Part shown: in pieces, positions 42,558-51,800 of the stretch
Position numbering within the stretch: the stretch's first letter is position 1
Layout: every line of letters begins with the position of its first letter
DNA from: a virus
Direction: 5' to 3' (one strand)
Virus record (IMG/VR): IMGVR_UViG_3300038393_001444
Location: 1-64,000 of that record
DNA length: 64,000 nt
Notes under the pieces: model-generated
Told to the model about the DNA's origin: nothing
What the model saw: only the letters and a program-made list of their open reading frames with translations
The model's database searches: none
Made by a program: the position numbers and the translations under genes

Positions 42558-43661
42558 ATGGGCTTGAATGCAAACAAGGCGGTTACGCTCTCGATGACGG
42601 TCAAGGCCGGCGGCGCGCCGGTGGCGCTGCCGCTGTCGGACACGATCACGGCGGCCCTGTACTCGCCGGATGGGGCCACGCTGCTGTCCTCGATGGTCAC
42701 GTGCTCGCCTGCCGCGCTGGGCGCGAACTGGCCCGCCGGGCTGGTGGTGGCCACGTTCTCCGCTGCCGACACGGCCGCCCTGGTGCCGCCGTCCTGCCTG
42801 TTGGTGATCACGGACACGACGGGCGCGGTGCCGCGCTCCTGGCAGGCGCTGCTGCCGGTGTCGATCAACGATGCCACGGCGCTGTTCGACCGCGCCACGG
42901 GCATCGCCACGCTGCGCACCGCGCTCATGTCCGGCGCGGCTGGGCGGCTGCCGCCGGAGACGATCGCCAATGATGATCTGCTGTGGAGCAAGATCAAGGC
43001 GGCCGAAGCCGAAGCCGAGCGCCTGCTGAAGACGTTCTTCTCCCCGGTCAAGGTGCTGCCCGATGACGCCGATCCGAGCGAACTGGCCGCGCTCGATGCG
43101 GTCGGGCAGCGCTATGTGCAGGAAGCCGGCTATGACTTCGAGTCCGGCATGTTCTATCCGGATCAGTTCGGCATGCTGCAGCTGGGCCATCGCCCGGTGA
43201 TCTCGGTCGATTCGGTGATGATCGCCACGCCGACGCCGTTTTTGCAAGCCTTCCAAGTGCCGGGCAGCTGGCTGCGCCTGGATGCGCGCGCCGGCGCGCT
43301 GCGCTTCTATCCGACCATGACGCCGTTCGGCCTGCCGGCCGCCGTGGTCGGCATGGGAGCCTGGGCCGCCGGCGATTACCCGAATGCGATCAAGGTCCGG
43401 TACACCGCCGGCCTGAAGGATGCGACCAAGGGCATCGGCCCGGATATCGCCGACGTGGTGATCAAGATGGCGGTGCTCAAGCTGATGCTGGGCGCGTTCC
43501 TGCCTTCGTCCGGCTCGATCTCGGCTGACGGCCTGTCGCAGTCCGAAAGCGTCAATGTGGCCGATTGGCAGGATCAGATCGATCGCATCCTGTTCGGCCC
43601 CAAGGGCTCCAATGGCGGCCTGTACGCGGCCATCCACGGCATCCAGTTCGGAGTGATCTGA
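42558..43661 (+). CDS. head-tail adaptor/neck protein with N-terminal beta domain
   Basis: IKAAEAEAERLL...RPVISVDS...VRYTAG...SISADGLSQS. Confidence 0.7.
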   Translation: MGLNANKAVTLSMTVKAGGAPVALPLSDTITAALYSPDGATLLSSMVTCSPAALGANWPAGLVVATFSAADTAALVPPSCLLVITDTTGAVPRSWQALLPVSINDATALFDRATGIATLRTALMSGAAGRLPPETIANDDLLWSKIKAAEAEAERLLKTFFSPVKVLPDDADPSELAALDAVGQRYVQEAGYDFESGMFYPDQFGMLQLGHRPVISVDSVMIATPTPFLQAFQVPGSWLRLDARAGALRFYPTMTPFGLPAAVVGMGAWAAGDYPNAIKVRYTAGLKDATKGIGPDIADVVIKMAVLKLMLGAFLPSSGSISADGLSQSESVNVADWQDQIDRILFGPKGSNGGLYAAIHGIQFGVI

Positions 43662-44290
43662 TGCGCTTCAATTCCGGCAAGTTCAACACCTTCCTGGGCG
43701 GCATTGGCCAGAACGTGCGCTGGCGGCGCGCCTACGCCTGCCCGTGCTTCGATGAGAATTCCGGCGCGGCGACCTATGGCTGCCCGGCCTGCGCCGGCAA
43801 GGGCCATATCTGGAATGATCCGGTCGATTGCGTGGTCGGGGTGCCGAGCCAGAAGGTGCAAGCGCAATGGGCGCAGTTCGGCCAGTGGGAAGATGGCGAT
43901 GCGCTGGTCACGGTCGGCAGCGATTCGCCGATGTACGCGGCCGGGCGCTTCGACCGCGTCCTGTTCATGAATGCCAGCGATGCGTTTTCCCAGCCGCTGC
44001 TGCATGATGGCACCGAGCGGCTGAATCTGCCGGTGAGCGCGATTTCGCGGGTATTCTGGCTCGACGCGCAGAGCCGCATCGTGGAAGGCGGCATTCCGGT
44101 GGTGAATGCGGACGGCTCGCTGACCTGGGGCGCGGGCGCGCCGCCTTTGGGTGTGAAATTCACGATCTCCGGGACCAAGTTCTCGGAATATTTCGTGTTC
44201 AATTCGCTGCCGAACGACCGCAACGAGCATCAGGGCATGCCGCTGCCCACGCGCATGCAGCTGCGCCGCTTTGATTTGCTCGGGCGCTAA
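43661..44290 (+). CDS. head closure/neck protein (CPC...CPAC.G.G)
   Basis: Cys motif typical of SPO1-like neck genes; position. Confidence 0.65.
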   Translation: MRFNSGKFNTFLGGIGQNVRWRRAYACPCFDENSGAATYGCPACAGKGHIWNDPVDCVVGVPSQKVQAQWAQFGQWEDGDALVTVGSDSPMYAAGRFDRVLFMNASDAFSQPLLHDGTERLNLPVSAISRVFWLDAQSRIVEGGIPVVNADGSLTWGAGAPPLGVKFTISGTKFSEYFVFNSLPNDRNEHQGMPLPTRMQLRRFDLLGR

Positions 44291-45144
44291 TCCGCCTGGA
44301 AGGTGCGCTTGACCGCCTCGGCAAGCGCGGCTTCGGCTACCGGCTGCATCGTGTTGGCCACGCCTTCCACGATTTTGAGGCCAGGGCGCTCGGGCACGAT
44401 CCACTTCGGGCTGCCTTCCATCATCACGCGGAACGTCATGTAGGCACTGCTCTTCTGGCCGCCTGAACTCGTTTCCATGCGCACCATGCCCGCATACGGA
44501 TCATGCGAATGCTTCGGGCTGAGTTTCGGCGCGAGCCCGGCCGGCAGCCGATCGCCCCACGCATAATGATGGCGCGGCACCATCAGCGGGGGCTTGCCGC
44601 CGGCGGTCCACGCATTGCCGCTCTGATTCTTCGCCGGGATCATGCCGAAGGTCGGGCTGATCTCGGTCACTTCGCCGGCCGGGCGCTGGCTTTGGCCCAC
44701 GACGCTGCTCTTCTCCATCGCGCTCGCCAGTTCATAGATCGCCGGTGGCATTGCCTTCGCATGGGCATCGTTGCCTGGGGTGTTGTGGCGGAACGGGATC
44801 ACCATGAAGCGGCGGCCGTCTTTGGTCGTGCGCACCTTGCTGCTGGTCTGCAGCATCGCCTTCAGATCCTTCGCCGGCCGCCCGTTCTCGATCTCGAAGG
44901 CCAGCGCATAGTCGCTGGAGATCTCGGCCGAAAACGGCCCGGTCATCTGCATCGTGATCGACTCGATGTAGGGCTTTTTCTCGCCGCTCCATAGGCTCGC
45001 CTGCTTCACGCCTTCGATCCACTGCTGTTGCGCGGCCTCGGCGACCGCATGCACGGCCTGGGACACCAGCGGCATCAGCTGCTGGGTGAGTGCGCCGGCC
45101 GCATTCAAAAGCGGCGCGAGATCAACGGAAATTTGATAGTCCAT
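44287..45144 (-). CDS. putative neck/tail-completion protein on the opposite strand
   Basis: A..IENG...DLK..L...IPFRH...YAGMVR...YMTFRVM...W..P; own late motif. Confidence 0.7.
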   Translation of the reverse strand: MDYQISVDLAPLLNAAGALTQQLMPLVSQAVHAVAEAAQQQWIEGVKQASLWSGEKKPYIESITMQMTGPFSAEISSDYALAFEIENGRPAKDLKAMLQTSSKVRTTKDGRRFMVIPFRHNTPGNDAHAKAMPPAIYELASAMEKSSVVGQSQRPAGEVTEISPTFGMIPAKNQSGNAWTAGGKPPLMVPRHHYAWGDRLPAGLAPKLSPKHSHDPYAGMVRMETSSGGQKSSAYMTFRVMMEGSPKWIVPERPGLKIVEGVANTMQPVAEAALAEAVKRTFQAD

Positions 45145-45150
45145 GCGCCG

Positions 45151-45165
45151 ATTCTGCCGTCACGC
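45151..45165 (-). promoter_or_regulatory. putative late promoter GCGTGACGGCAGAAT (ATG 6 nt downstream)
   Basis: One mismatch to consensus; divergent pair. Confidence 0.7.
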
Positions 45166-45174
45166 CGGGCCCGG

Positions 45175-45189
45175 TCGTGACGCGAAGAT
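45175..45189 (+). promoter_or_regulatory. putative late promoter TCGTGACGCGAAGAT (ATG 6 nt downstream)
   Basis: Consensus match. Confidence 0.8.
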
Positions 45190-45195
45190 TCCTGC

Positions 45196-46038
45196 ATGTC
45201 AATCTCGATGATCGTTCCGCTCGCCATCGGCAATGCCTTGCGCATTGTGTTCGTGCCGCCTGACGGCACGGTGCGCACCCGCGTCTTGCGCCGGGCCGAT
45301 GCCGCGTTCACGGATCAGAACGATCCGGGGGCGATCAACGTCGGCGAAACCGATGGCCATGCCGTCACCGATACCAGTGGCCTGATCAACGGCCAGACCT
45401 ATTTCTACGCGGCGGCCTTCTTCGATGGCCTGCACTGGAGCCTGTCGGCGGCTGTCAGCGCGGTCCCGGCCGCGTCGTATTTCGATGCGACGGTCGATGT
45501 GCAAACGGTGCTGCGCGACCGCATCGATGCCGGGATGAAGGTGGAAGTCGCGCGCGGCGCGCTGCTGCCGCAGTCGGGCCGCATCGATGTGCTGACCGCG
45601 CCGCCGGTGTTCAACGACAAGCGCCTGCCGATGGTCACGGTGCACCTGGAAAACGAGGCCCCGATCCAGCGCGCGCTGGGCGATCAGCCGATTCCGGACG
45701 TGTTCGATACGGAAGGCAACGACTGGCAGGAATCCGGCGGCTGGCTCGGTCGCTGCCAGCTGACGATCGTGTGCTGGAGCCTGAACCCGGATGAGCGGCT
45801 GGCGCTACGCCGCGCGCTGCGCCGGGTGCTGGTGGCCAATCTGCCGGTGTTCTCGGATCTCGGCCTGGATACCGTCGAATTCAGCTTCAACGATCAGGCC
45901 GATTTCCAGTCGTTCGGCATCCCGGTTTATCAGTGCGTGTGCAGCTTCTCCGCGATGTTCGCGGTCACGGTCGCCGATGGCGTGGATGCGGTCACCGACG
46001 TGCTCGCGCCGGGCCCGGCGCTGGGCGGCTTCATCTGA
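45196..46038 (+). CDS. putative tail terminator/completion protein
   Basis: Position before sheath; LP.VTV.L..E...WSLN.DER. Confidence 0.65.
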   Translation: MSISMIVPLAIGNALRIVFVPPDGTVRTRVLRRADAAFTDQNDPGAINVGETDGHAVTDTSGLINGQTYFYAAAFFDGLHWSLSAAVSAVPAASYFDATVDVQTVLRDRIDAGMKVEVARGALLPQSGRIDVLTAPPVFNDKRLPMVTVHLENEAPIQRALGDQPIPDVFDTEGNDWQESGGWLGRCQLTIVCWSLNPDERLALRRALRRVLVANLPVFSDLGLDTVEFSFNDQADFQSFGIPVYQCVCSFSAMFAVTVADGVDAVTDVLAPGPALGGFI

Positions 46039-46057
46039 CTTTTTTAAGGGGTTAAAC

Positions 46058-46273
46058 GTGGCAAACGATGCAAATCAGGTTCCAAGCACGGCCGATGCGG
46101 CTGCCTCCGAACCGCTCACGCTGGACGAATTCTGCATGCGGTTTTCGCAGGTCGACCGGCGCGTGGAGTTAATCGGCGCATTCCATTACGTCGAAAAGAG
46201 TGCCGGGCGTCAGAAGGACACGGAAGAAGCCTACCGTGCCCGCTTTGATGCATTTGTCAACGCTCCTGTTTAA
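46058..46273 (+). CDS. small hypothetical protein before the sheath gene
   Basis: GTG with AAGGGG SD. Confidence 0.6.
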   Translation: MANDANQVPSTADAAASEPLTLDEFCMRFSQVDRRVELIGAFHYVEKSAGRQKDTEEAYRARFDAFVNAPV

Positions 46274-46283
46274 GGAATAAACG

Positions 46284-47999
46284 ATGAGTGTCTTTTTCAA
46301 CGGCCGCCTGATCGTATCGCCGACGTCTGCTTCGAACGTCGATGATTCGCAGATGGCCAACAAAAACTTGAGCGTTGGCAACGTGCTGGCGCTCATTGGC
46401 CCGTCCACGGGCGGCGCGCCGAACACGCCGCTTCGCTTCGGCAATGCGCAGGACGCGAAAGCCGCGCTGATCTCCGGCGATCTGCTGGATGCAGTCGTGC
46501 GCGCGTTCGATCCGAGCTCGCAAGTCACCGGCCCGCAAACCATCGTCGCCATCCGCGTCAATCCGGCGGTGCAGGCGGCGCTCACGCTGCAAGACAGCAG
46601 CTCGGCGAACGTGATCAACTTGGTGTCGACCGATTACGGCCAGTACACCAACCAGATCAAGGTGAAGATCGAAACCGGCTCGACCGCCGGCAAGAAGGCC
46701 ACGGTCCAGCTGGGCAACAATTACTTCTCGGCCGATAACCTCACCCGCAATGCGCTGTCGGTGCAGTACACCGGCGCGAACGCCTCGGCCAACATCACGA
46801 TCAACAACAGCACGGTCACGCTGGCTTCGCCAACTGGCACCACGGTGGCCACGATCGATCTGAACACCTACAAGACGGTGCAGCAGCTGGTCGATCGCAT
46901 CAACGCCGTGTCGGGCTTTACCGCTTCGGTCATGGATGGCAACGGCAATACGCCGGCGCTCAACGGCCTGGATTCGGTCACCGCCATCGATGTGAAAACC
47001 TCGGCCTACACGGTCCTGGCAGTGCTGCAGGCGGTGGTGGACTGGTTCAATTCCGCCGGCGAAGGCTATGTGACCGCCACGCGCGTCGCGGGCGCGGGCA
47101 CCCTGCCGACCAACATCGGCTTTACCTACCTGACCGGCGGCTCGGATGGCGTGACCACGAACACGAACTGGAGCAACGCCTATACCACGCTGCAGCAGGT
47201 GGACGCGCAGTGGGTGGTGCCGGTCACCGGCGACGCGTCGATCCATGCGATGAACGACACGCACTGCTCCTACATGAGCAACATCGGCAAGATGGAGCGC
47301 CGTGGCATCGTCGGCATGGCGCTGGCCTCGACCGATGCGGCCGCGATCGCGGAAGCCAAGTCGTTGAACAGCGACCGTACTTCCCTGGTGCATATCGGCA
47401 TGTACGACTACGACGCGAACGGCAACTGGACGCTGTATGCGCCCTATATCGTCGCGGCGATGATCGCCGGCGCGTTCGCCGGCGTGAATCCGGGTACGCC
47501 GATGACCAACAAGTCCCTGAAGGTACGGGGCCTGGAGCGCCAGCTGCGCAATCCGACCGATACCGATCCGCTCATTCAGGCGGGCGTGATGTGCGTCGAG
47601 AACACGAAGACCGGCTACAAGGTCGTGAAATCGATCACCACGTGGCTGCTGAACACGAACTACAACCGCGTCGAAGTCTCGACCGGCGTGGCCGTAGACT
47701 TCGCAGTGCGCAACGTGCGCGAAGCGCTGGACGTGCTGCGCGGCGAGAAAGGTACGCCGATCCTGCTGGCGCGCGCCGTGTCGATCACCGAATCGGTGCT
47801 GCGCACCCTGTCGCAGCCGGAGCCGCAGGGCGTCGGTGTGCTGGTCGGCGACAAGACCAATCCCCCTTACAAGAACATTCAGGCCACGCTGGTCGGTGAT
47901 GTGGTGCAGGTGTCCTACCTGTGCCAGCCGGTCGTCGGCGTGAACTATGTCTTGTCCACTTGCTTCGCCAAGCCGTACAGCGGCAGCGCGTCGGCATAA
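46284..47999 (+). CDS. tail sheath protein
   Basis: ALIGPSTGG.P, LTGGSDG, P.TNK.L, LIQAGV, VVKSITT; size and position. Confidence 0.9.
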   Translation: MSVFFNGRLIVSPTSASNVDDSQMANKNLSVGNVLALIGPSTGGAPNTPLRFGNAQDAKAALISGDLLDAVVRAFDPSSQVTGPQTIVAIRVNPAVQAALTLQDSSSANVINLVSTDYGQYTNQIKVKIETGSTAGKKATVQLGNNYFSADNLTRNALSVQYTGANASANITINNSTVTLASPTGTTVATIDLNTYKTVQQLVDRINAVSGFTASVMDGNGNTPALNGLDSVTAIDVKTSAYTVLAVLQAVVDWFNSAGEGYVTATRVAGAGTLPTNIGFTYLTGGSDGVTTNTNWSNAYTTLQQVDAQWVVPVTGDASIHAMNDTHCSYMSNIGKMERRGIVGMALASTDAAAIAEAKSLNSDRTSLVHIGMYDYDANGNWTLYAPYIVAAMIAGAFAGVNPGTPMTNKSLKVRGLERQLRNPTDTDPLIQAGVMCVENTKTGYKVVKSITTWLLNTNYNRVEVSTGVAVDFAVRNVREALDVLRGEKGTPILLARAVSITESVLRTLSQPEPQGVGVLVGDKTNPPYKNIQATLVGDVVQVSYLCQPVVGVNYVLSTCFAKPYSGSASA

Positions 48000-48012
48000 G
48001 GAGATCTGAACG

Positions 48013-48444
48013 ATGGCAACCTTGAAATCCAATCAGAACGTCCGCACGGGTAACCGTGTGGCGATCCTGTTCGGCGGCGTCCAGATCGGCCTGCTGCAGA
48101 ATCTGTCGCCGAACGATGACTATGGCCTCGAGCCGGCGGCGGGCATCGGCGATATCCACGTGCAGGAATACGTGCCGACCGTGGCGCGGCATTCCCTGAG
48201 CGCGTCGAGCATGCTGCTGCCGAACAAGAACCTGAAGGCAGCCGGCATTGCGTCGGAAAACGGCGACGATGCGCTGCAGGGCCTGGTGTTCGATATCGAA
48301 ATTTACGACAAGTACACCGGCGAACTGCTGCGCAAGTATGTCGACGTGTCGTATGGCGGCGGCAGCTGCGAGATCCGTGCGAACGCGATCATCGTGAGCA
48401 ATGCGCAGTTCATGGCGCGCGACGTGACCTCGAAGGGTCTGTAA
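48013..48444 (+). CDS. tail tube protein
   Basis: Follows sheath; IG..Q....DYGLEP..GIG....QEYVP. Confidence 0.85.
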   Translation: MATLKSNQNVRTGNRVAILFGGVQIGLLQNLSPNDDYGLEPAAGIGDIHVQEYVPTVARHSLSASSMLLPNKNLKAAGIASENGDDALQGLVFDIEIYDKYTGELLRKYVDVSYGGGSCEIRANAIIVSNAQFMARDVTSKGL

Positions 48445-48450
48445 GACAAC

Positions 48451-48473
48451 GGGGCCGCGCAAGCGGCCCCTTT
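48451..48473 (+). terminator. Rho-independent terminator
   Basis: GGGGCCGC-gcaa-GCGGCCCC-TTT. Confidence 0.8.
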
Positions 48474-48491
48474 CCGTGTTAGGGGATAGGG

Positions 48492-48839
48492 ATGAGAACT
48501 GCAGGAAACGGGGATTTCCCGGTCGAAGTCGAAGGCATGGGCCGCTTCATCTTCGCGCGCAAGACCATGCGCGATGTGTACGCGATTCGCGGCGAATATG
48601 CGGCCGTCACGTCGAACAATTTCACCGAAGAGGGCGGCTTTGCCGATATCGGCGCGCTGGCCTTCATCACGCTCAACCGGCTGATGGTGTCGGCCCCGTC
48701 CGACTTCGATCTGGCCGGGCTCGATCCGGTAACGGATGATGATGCCGAGCCGAAAATCGTGAAGGTATTCTTGGCCCTGCGCGAAAAGGAGCTCTCCTTT
48801 CGACCGCAGCCGAAAGCAGACGGCGCGGCAGAAGGGTAA
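48492..48839 (+). CDS. tail assembly chaperone (G-like)
   Basis: Between tube and tape measure genes. Confidence 0.75.
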   Translation: MRTAGNGDFPVEVEGMGRFIFARKTMRDVYAIRGEYAAVTSNNFTEEGGFADIGALAFITLNRLMVSAPSDFDLAGLDPVTDDDAEPKIVKVFLALREKELSFRPQPKADGAAEG

Positions 48840-49086
48840 GCAGTTAGCGGGAAGCTATGAAGGCTGGTTTCGCATGAAATACAGCCTTCCGCCGACCGAT
48901 CCACGGTTCCTGAATGCCACGATAGACGAGATCATGGCCGATTTCTTCATGCATCAGCACATGGAGAATGGTGGCAAGGAAGTCGTGGAAGATGATGAAT
49001 ACGATCAGGAAGCCATGCTTGCCCGCCTCGACGCCGGTCTGTCGCTTGATGAATTGAAATTGCCGGATGACTTCGAGGAAATCTGA
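48802..49086 (+). CDS. tail assembly chaperone extension (T-like), probably reached by +1 frameshift
   Basis: +1 frame open from 48763; reads ...GWFRMKYSLPPTDPRFL. Confidence 0.65.
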   Translation, partial: DRSRKQTARQKGKQLAGSYEGWFRMKYSLPPTDPRFLNATIDEIMADFFMHQHMENGGKEVVEDDEYDQEAMLARLDAGLSLDELKLPDDFEEI

Positions 49087-51800
49087 TGCCTGACGTAAAG
49101 CTCAAAGTTTCAGCCGATACCACGGGCGTCGGCGCAGCCGTCGATAGCGTCACGCAAAAGGCCGAAGCCGCCGGCAAGAAGCTCGGGCGCGGCCCGAAGC
49201 TCAACCCGATCGACCTGAAATCTTTCGAGGATGGCCTGCGCAAGCAGGAAGAGCTCTTTTCCAAGCACCTGAAGAAGCTGCAGGATCTGGCCAAGCGCAA
49301 CCCGGTGGCGATGCCGGGCGCGGGCGGCGCGCCGGCCCCTGCCGCCGGCGGCGCGGGTGGCTTGCCGCCGCTGCCGCCACCGCCGGCTCCGCTGGCCCCG
49401 CGCGGTCCTTCCCGGCCGCGCGGCCGCCACGCTTACACGCATTCCCCGGATATCTCGGACGTCGGCCGCAACCTGATCTCGGGCTTCGGCGGCGGCGCGG
49501 GCATGATCAGCCAGTACGCCACGCGCGGCGCGGTCGCCGGCGCGAACGGCGGCGGCGGCTTCCTCGGCGGCGGCCTGGGTCTGCTCAAGGGCCTGGGCAT
49601 CGGCGCGCTCGCGTTCGGCGCGCTGAAGGCTGGCCAGATGGGCAGCGAGGGCATGGATCTGGCCAAGGAGCGCCTGGGCGCGCTCGATAGGCTCAAGCGC
49701 CAGCTGGGCGATCTCGGTGTCTCGTTCAATGCGTTGAAAGTCGTGAGCGAAGCCGCTGCCGAAGGCATGGGCATCAATTCGAAGGAAGCCGCCGAGCTCG
49801 CGGTGAACTTCAACCGGCTGTCGCGCGGCTCCGAGCGCACCGCCGAAGGCTTGTCGGACGCGGTGCGCACCGGCGTCGGCCTGTCGAAAGCCTACGGGCT
49901 CGATCCGTCTGCCGGCGTCGGCTTCCTGGGCAACATGCGCAACATCGATCCGCGCCAGAACAACCGGGAACTGGCCCTGGTGCTGGCCGACACGATCGCG
50001 CGCTCGGGCATGAATGCGAAGGCCGATGAAGTCATGCAGGCGATCACGTCGTTCGCCAGCACCACGGCGCGCATGAGCCTGTCCACGCCGAACGTCGGCG
50101 CATTCGGCAGCGCCTACGGCAGCCTGATGAGCGCGGGCTATGCCGGCATGACCGGCGACGTGGCCGCGTCGATCCTGGGCACGGCGAACTCTTCGATGAT
50201 GCGCATGGGCGCGATGGGCGAAGCCGGCCAGAACTTCACCTATGCGGCATTCAAGAATGCCGGCGGCGCGGGCCTCAATCCATTCACCGCGCAGGCGCTG
50301 GCTTCCGGCGGCATCTTCGGCACCCGCGCCTCGGTGTTCGGCGACAACACGCCGATGGCGCGCCTGTTCGGTCGCAAGGGCGTCGATATCGGCCAGCTGG
50401 CCGGCGGCGCGGGCGCGAACACGACCAACCTCGAGGCGGTGGTCGCGCAGCTCGAGCGCAGCGGCGCGTCGATCGGCATCAAGAACGACAGCCTCAAGAA
50501 TTACTTCGGCCTGTCCTCGCCGCAGCAGGCGGCCGCGCTCTACAACATGGTGCTCGACAGCCAGGGCAAGGCCGGCGGCGGCACGATCGGGCTGCTGCAG
50601 CGCGCCGGCGTCGATCCATCGAAGGTCAACGAGCGCGGGATTGCCGCGCTGGGCCGGATCGGCGCGGCCGGCAGCGTCGCCGATCTCGAAGGCATCTATG
50701 CCACGATGGCCAAGCGCACCGGCAAGGGCGCGCTGACCGATGAGGACAAGAAGCTGCACGATGCGGCCGGCACCGATTTCAACAAGCTGCAGGATGCGCT
50801 GCTGAAAATCGCCTCGGGCAAGGACATGGAGGAAACGGATTTCTCCAAGATGACCGATGCGATCAAGACCGTGGAGAGCGCGCAGATCAAGGTCGGCGAT
50901 CTGCTGCTCAAGCCCCTGAACGCGATCCGCGACGGCATGCTGGCCATGGCCGGCGCGAGCAGCCCGGCGGCGCTGCGCGAAAAGGTGCTCGAGATCGGTC
51001 GCAGCGAGATCCGTGCCGCGCACGAAAAGGATTACGAAAAGGCGGCAGCCGATATCCATTACGGGGCGTGGCAGGGCAAGCATGGCGATCTGAAGGGGCT
51101 GCGCAAGGCGACCGATGACAAGATCGCGGCCGATATCGCCAAGTATGAAGGCGAGTATGCCGCCGGCGATGTTGGCCTGGGCGTTGCGCCGGCGCAGGCC
51201 GATACCGGCGGCGCAGCCGGTGTCGCGCCGGGGTCTGGCGGCTCGAGCGCGCCGGCCGGCGATCGCCGCGCGCGCATCGCCGCGATCGAAAAGAAATACG
51301 GCCTGCCGGCGGGCCTGCTGCTCGGGCAGTGGGGCACCGAATCCTCGTTCGGCAAGAACATCGGCATGAGCAGCGCCGGCGCGATGGGGCATTTCCAGTT
51401 CATGCCGGGCACGGCCAGCCAATACGGGGTGCGCATCGGCGACTTCGATTCCGAGCTCGACGGCGCAGCGCGCTACATGAGCGATCTGCACCGCCAGAAG
51501 GGCAGCTGGAAGGGTGCGGCCTTCGCCTACAACGGCGTGGTGCACAACTTCGCCGCCGGCGAGGATTACTGGCGCAAGGTGCAGGCCAACGGCGGCTTCC
51601 ACCTGGACGATGGTGTCACGCCGATGCCGGGCGGCGCAGCGCGCGGTGGTGCGGGCGGCAGCCACGGCAAGCTGGACGTGAGCGTGACCGTGAAACAGCA
51701 GACGCCGGATGGTCGCGGCGGCATGCAGGAGCGCGTAGTGGGAACGACAAAAGTGGCGATGCCGCGCGGTGCGGGCGCTGTTGCCGTGGAGGCGCATTGA
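49086..51800 (+). CDS. tape measure protein with C-terminal lytic transglycosylase (SLT) domain
   Basis: A/G-rich helical body; TESSFG...SSAGAMGHFQFMPGTA...AYN. Confidence 0.85.
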   Translation: MPDVKLKVSADTTGVGAAVDSVTQKAEAAGKKLGRGPKLNPIDLKSFEDGLRKQEELFSKHLKKLQDLAKRNPVAMPGAGGAPAPAAGGAGGLPPLPPPPAPLAPRGPSRPRGRHAYTHSPDISDVGRNLISGFGGGAGMISQYATRGAVAGANGGGGFLGGGLGLLKGLGIGALAFGALKAGQMGSEGMDLAKERLGALDRLKRQLGDLGVSFNALKVVSEAAAEGMGINSKEAAELAVNFNRLSRGSERTAEGLSDAVRTGVGLSKAYGLDPSAGVGFLGNMRNIDPRQNNRELALVLADTIARSGMNAKADEVMQAITSFASTTARMSLSTPNVGAFGSAYGSLMSAGYAGMTGDVAASILGTANSSMMRMGAMGEAGQNFTYAAFKNAGGAGLNPFTAQALASGGIFGTRASVFGDNTPMARLFGRKGVDIGQLAGGAGANTTNLEAVVAQLERSGASIGIKNDSLKNYFGLSSPQQAAALYNMVLDSQGKAGGGTIGLLQRAGVDPSKVNERGIAALGRIGAAGSVADLEGIYATMAKRTGKGALTDEDKKLHDAAGTDFNKLQDALLKIASGKDMEETDFSKMTDAIKTVESAQIKVGDLLLKPLNAIRDGMLAMAGASSPAALREKVLEIGRSEIRAAHEKDYEKAAADIHYGAWQGKHGDLKGLRKATDDKIAADIAKYEGEYAAGDVGLGVAPAQADTGGAAGVAPGSGGSSAPAGDRRARIAAIEKKYGLPAGLLLGQWGTESSFGKNIGMSSAGAMGHFQFMPGTASQYGVRIGDFDSELDGAARYMSDLHRQKGSWKGAAFAYNGVVHNFAAGEDYWRKVQANGGFHLDDGVTPMPGGAARGGAGGSHGKLDVSVTVKQQTPDGRGGMQERVVGTTKVAMPRGAGAVAVEAH

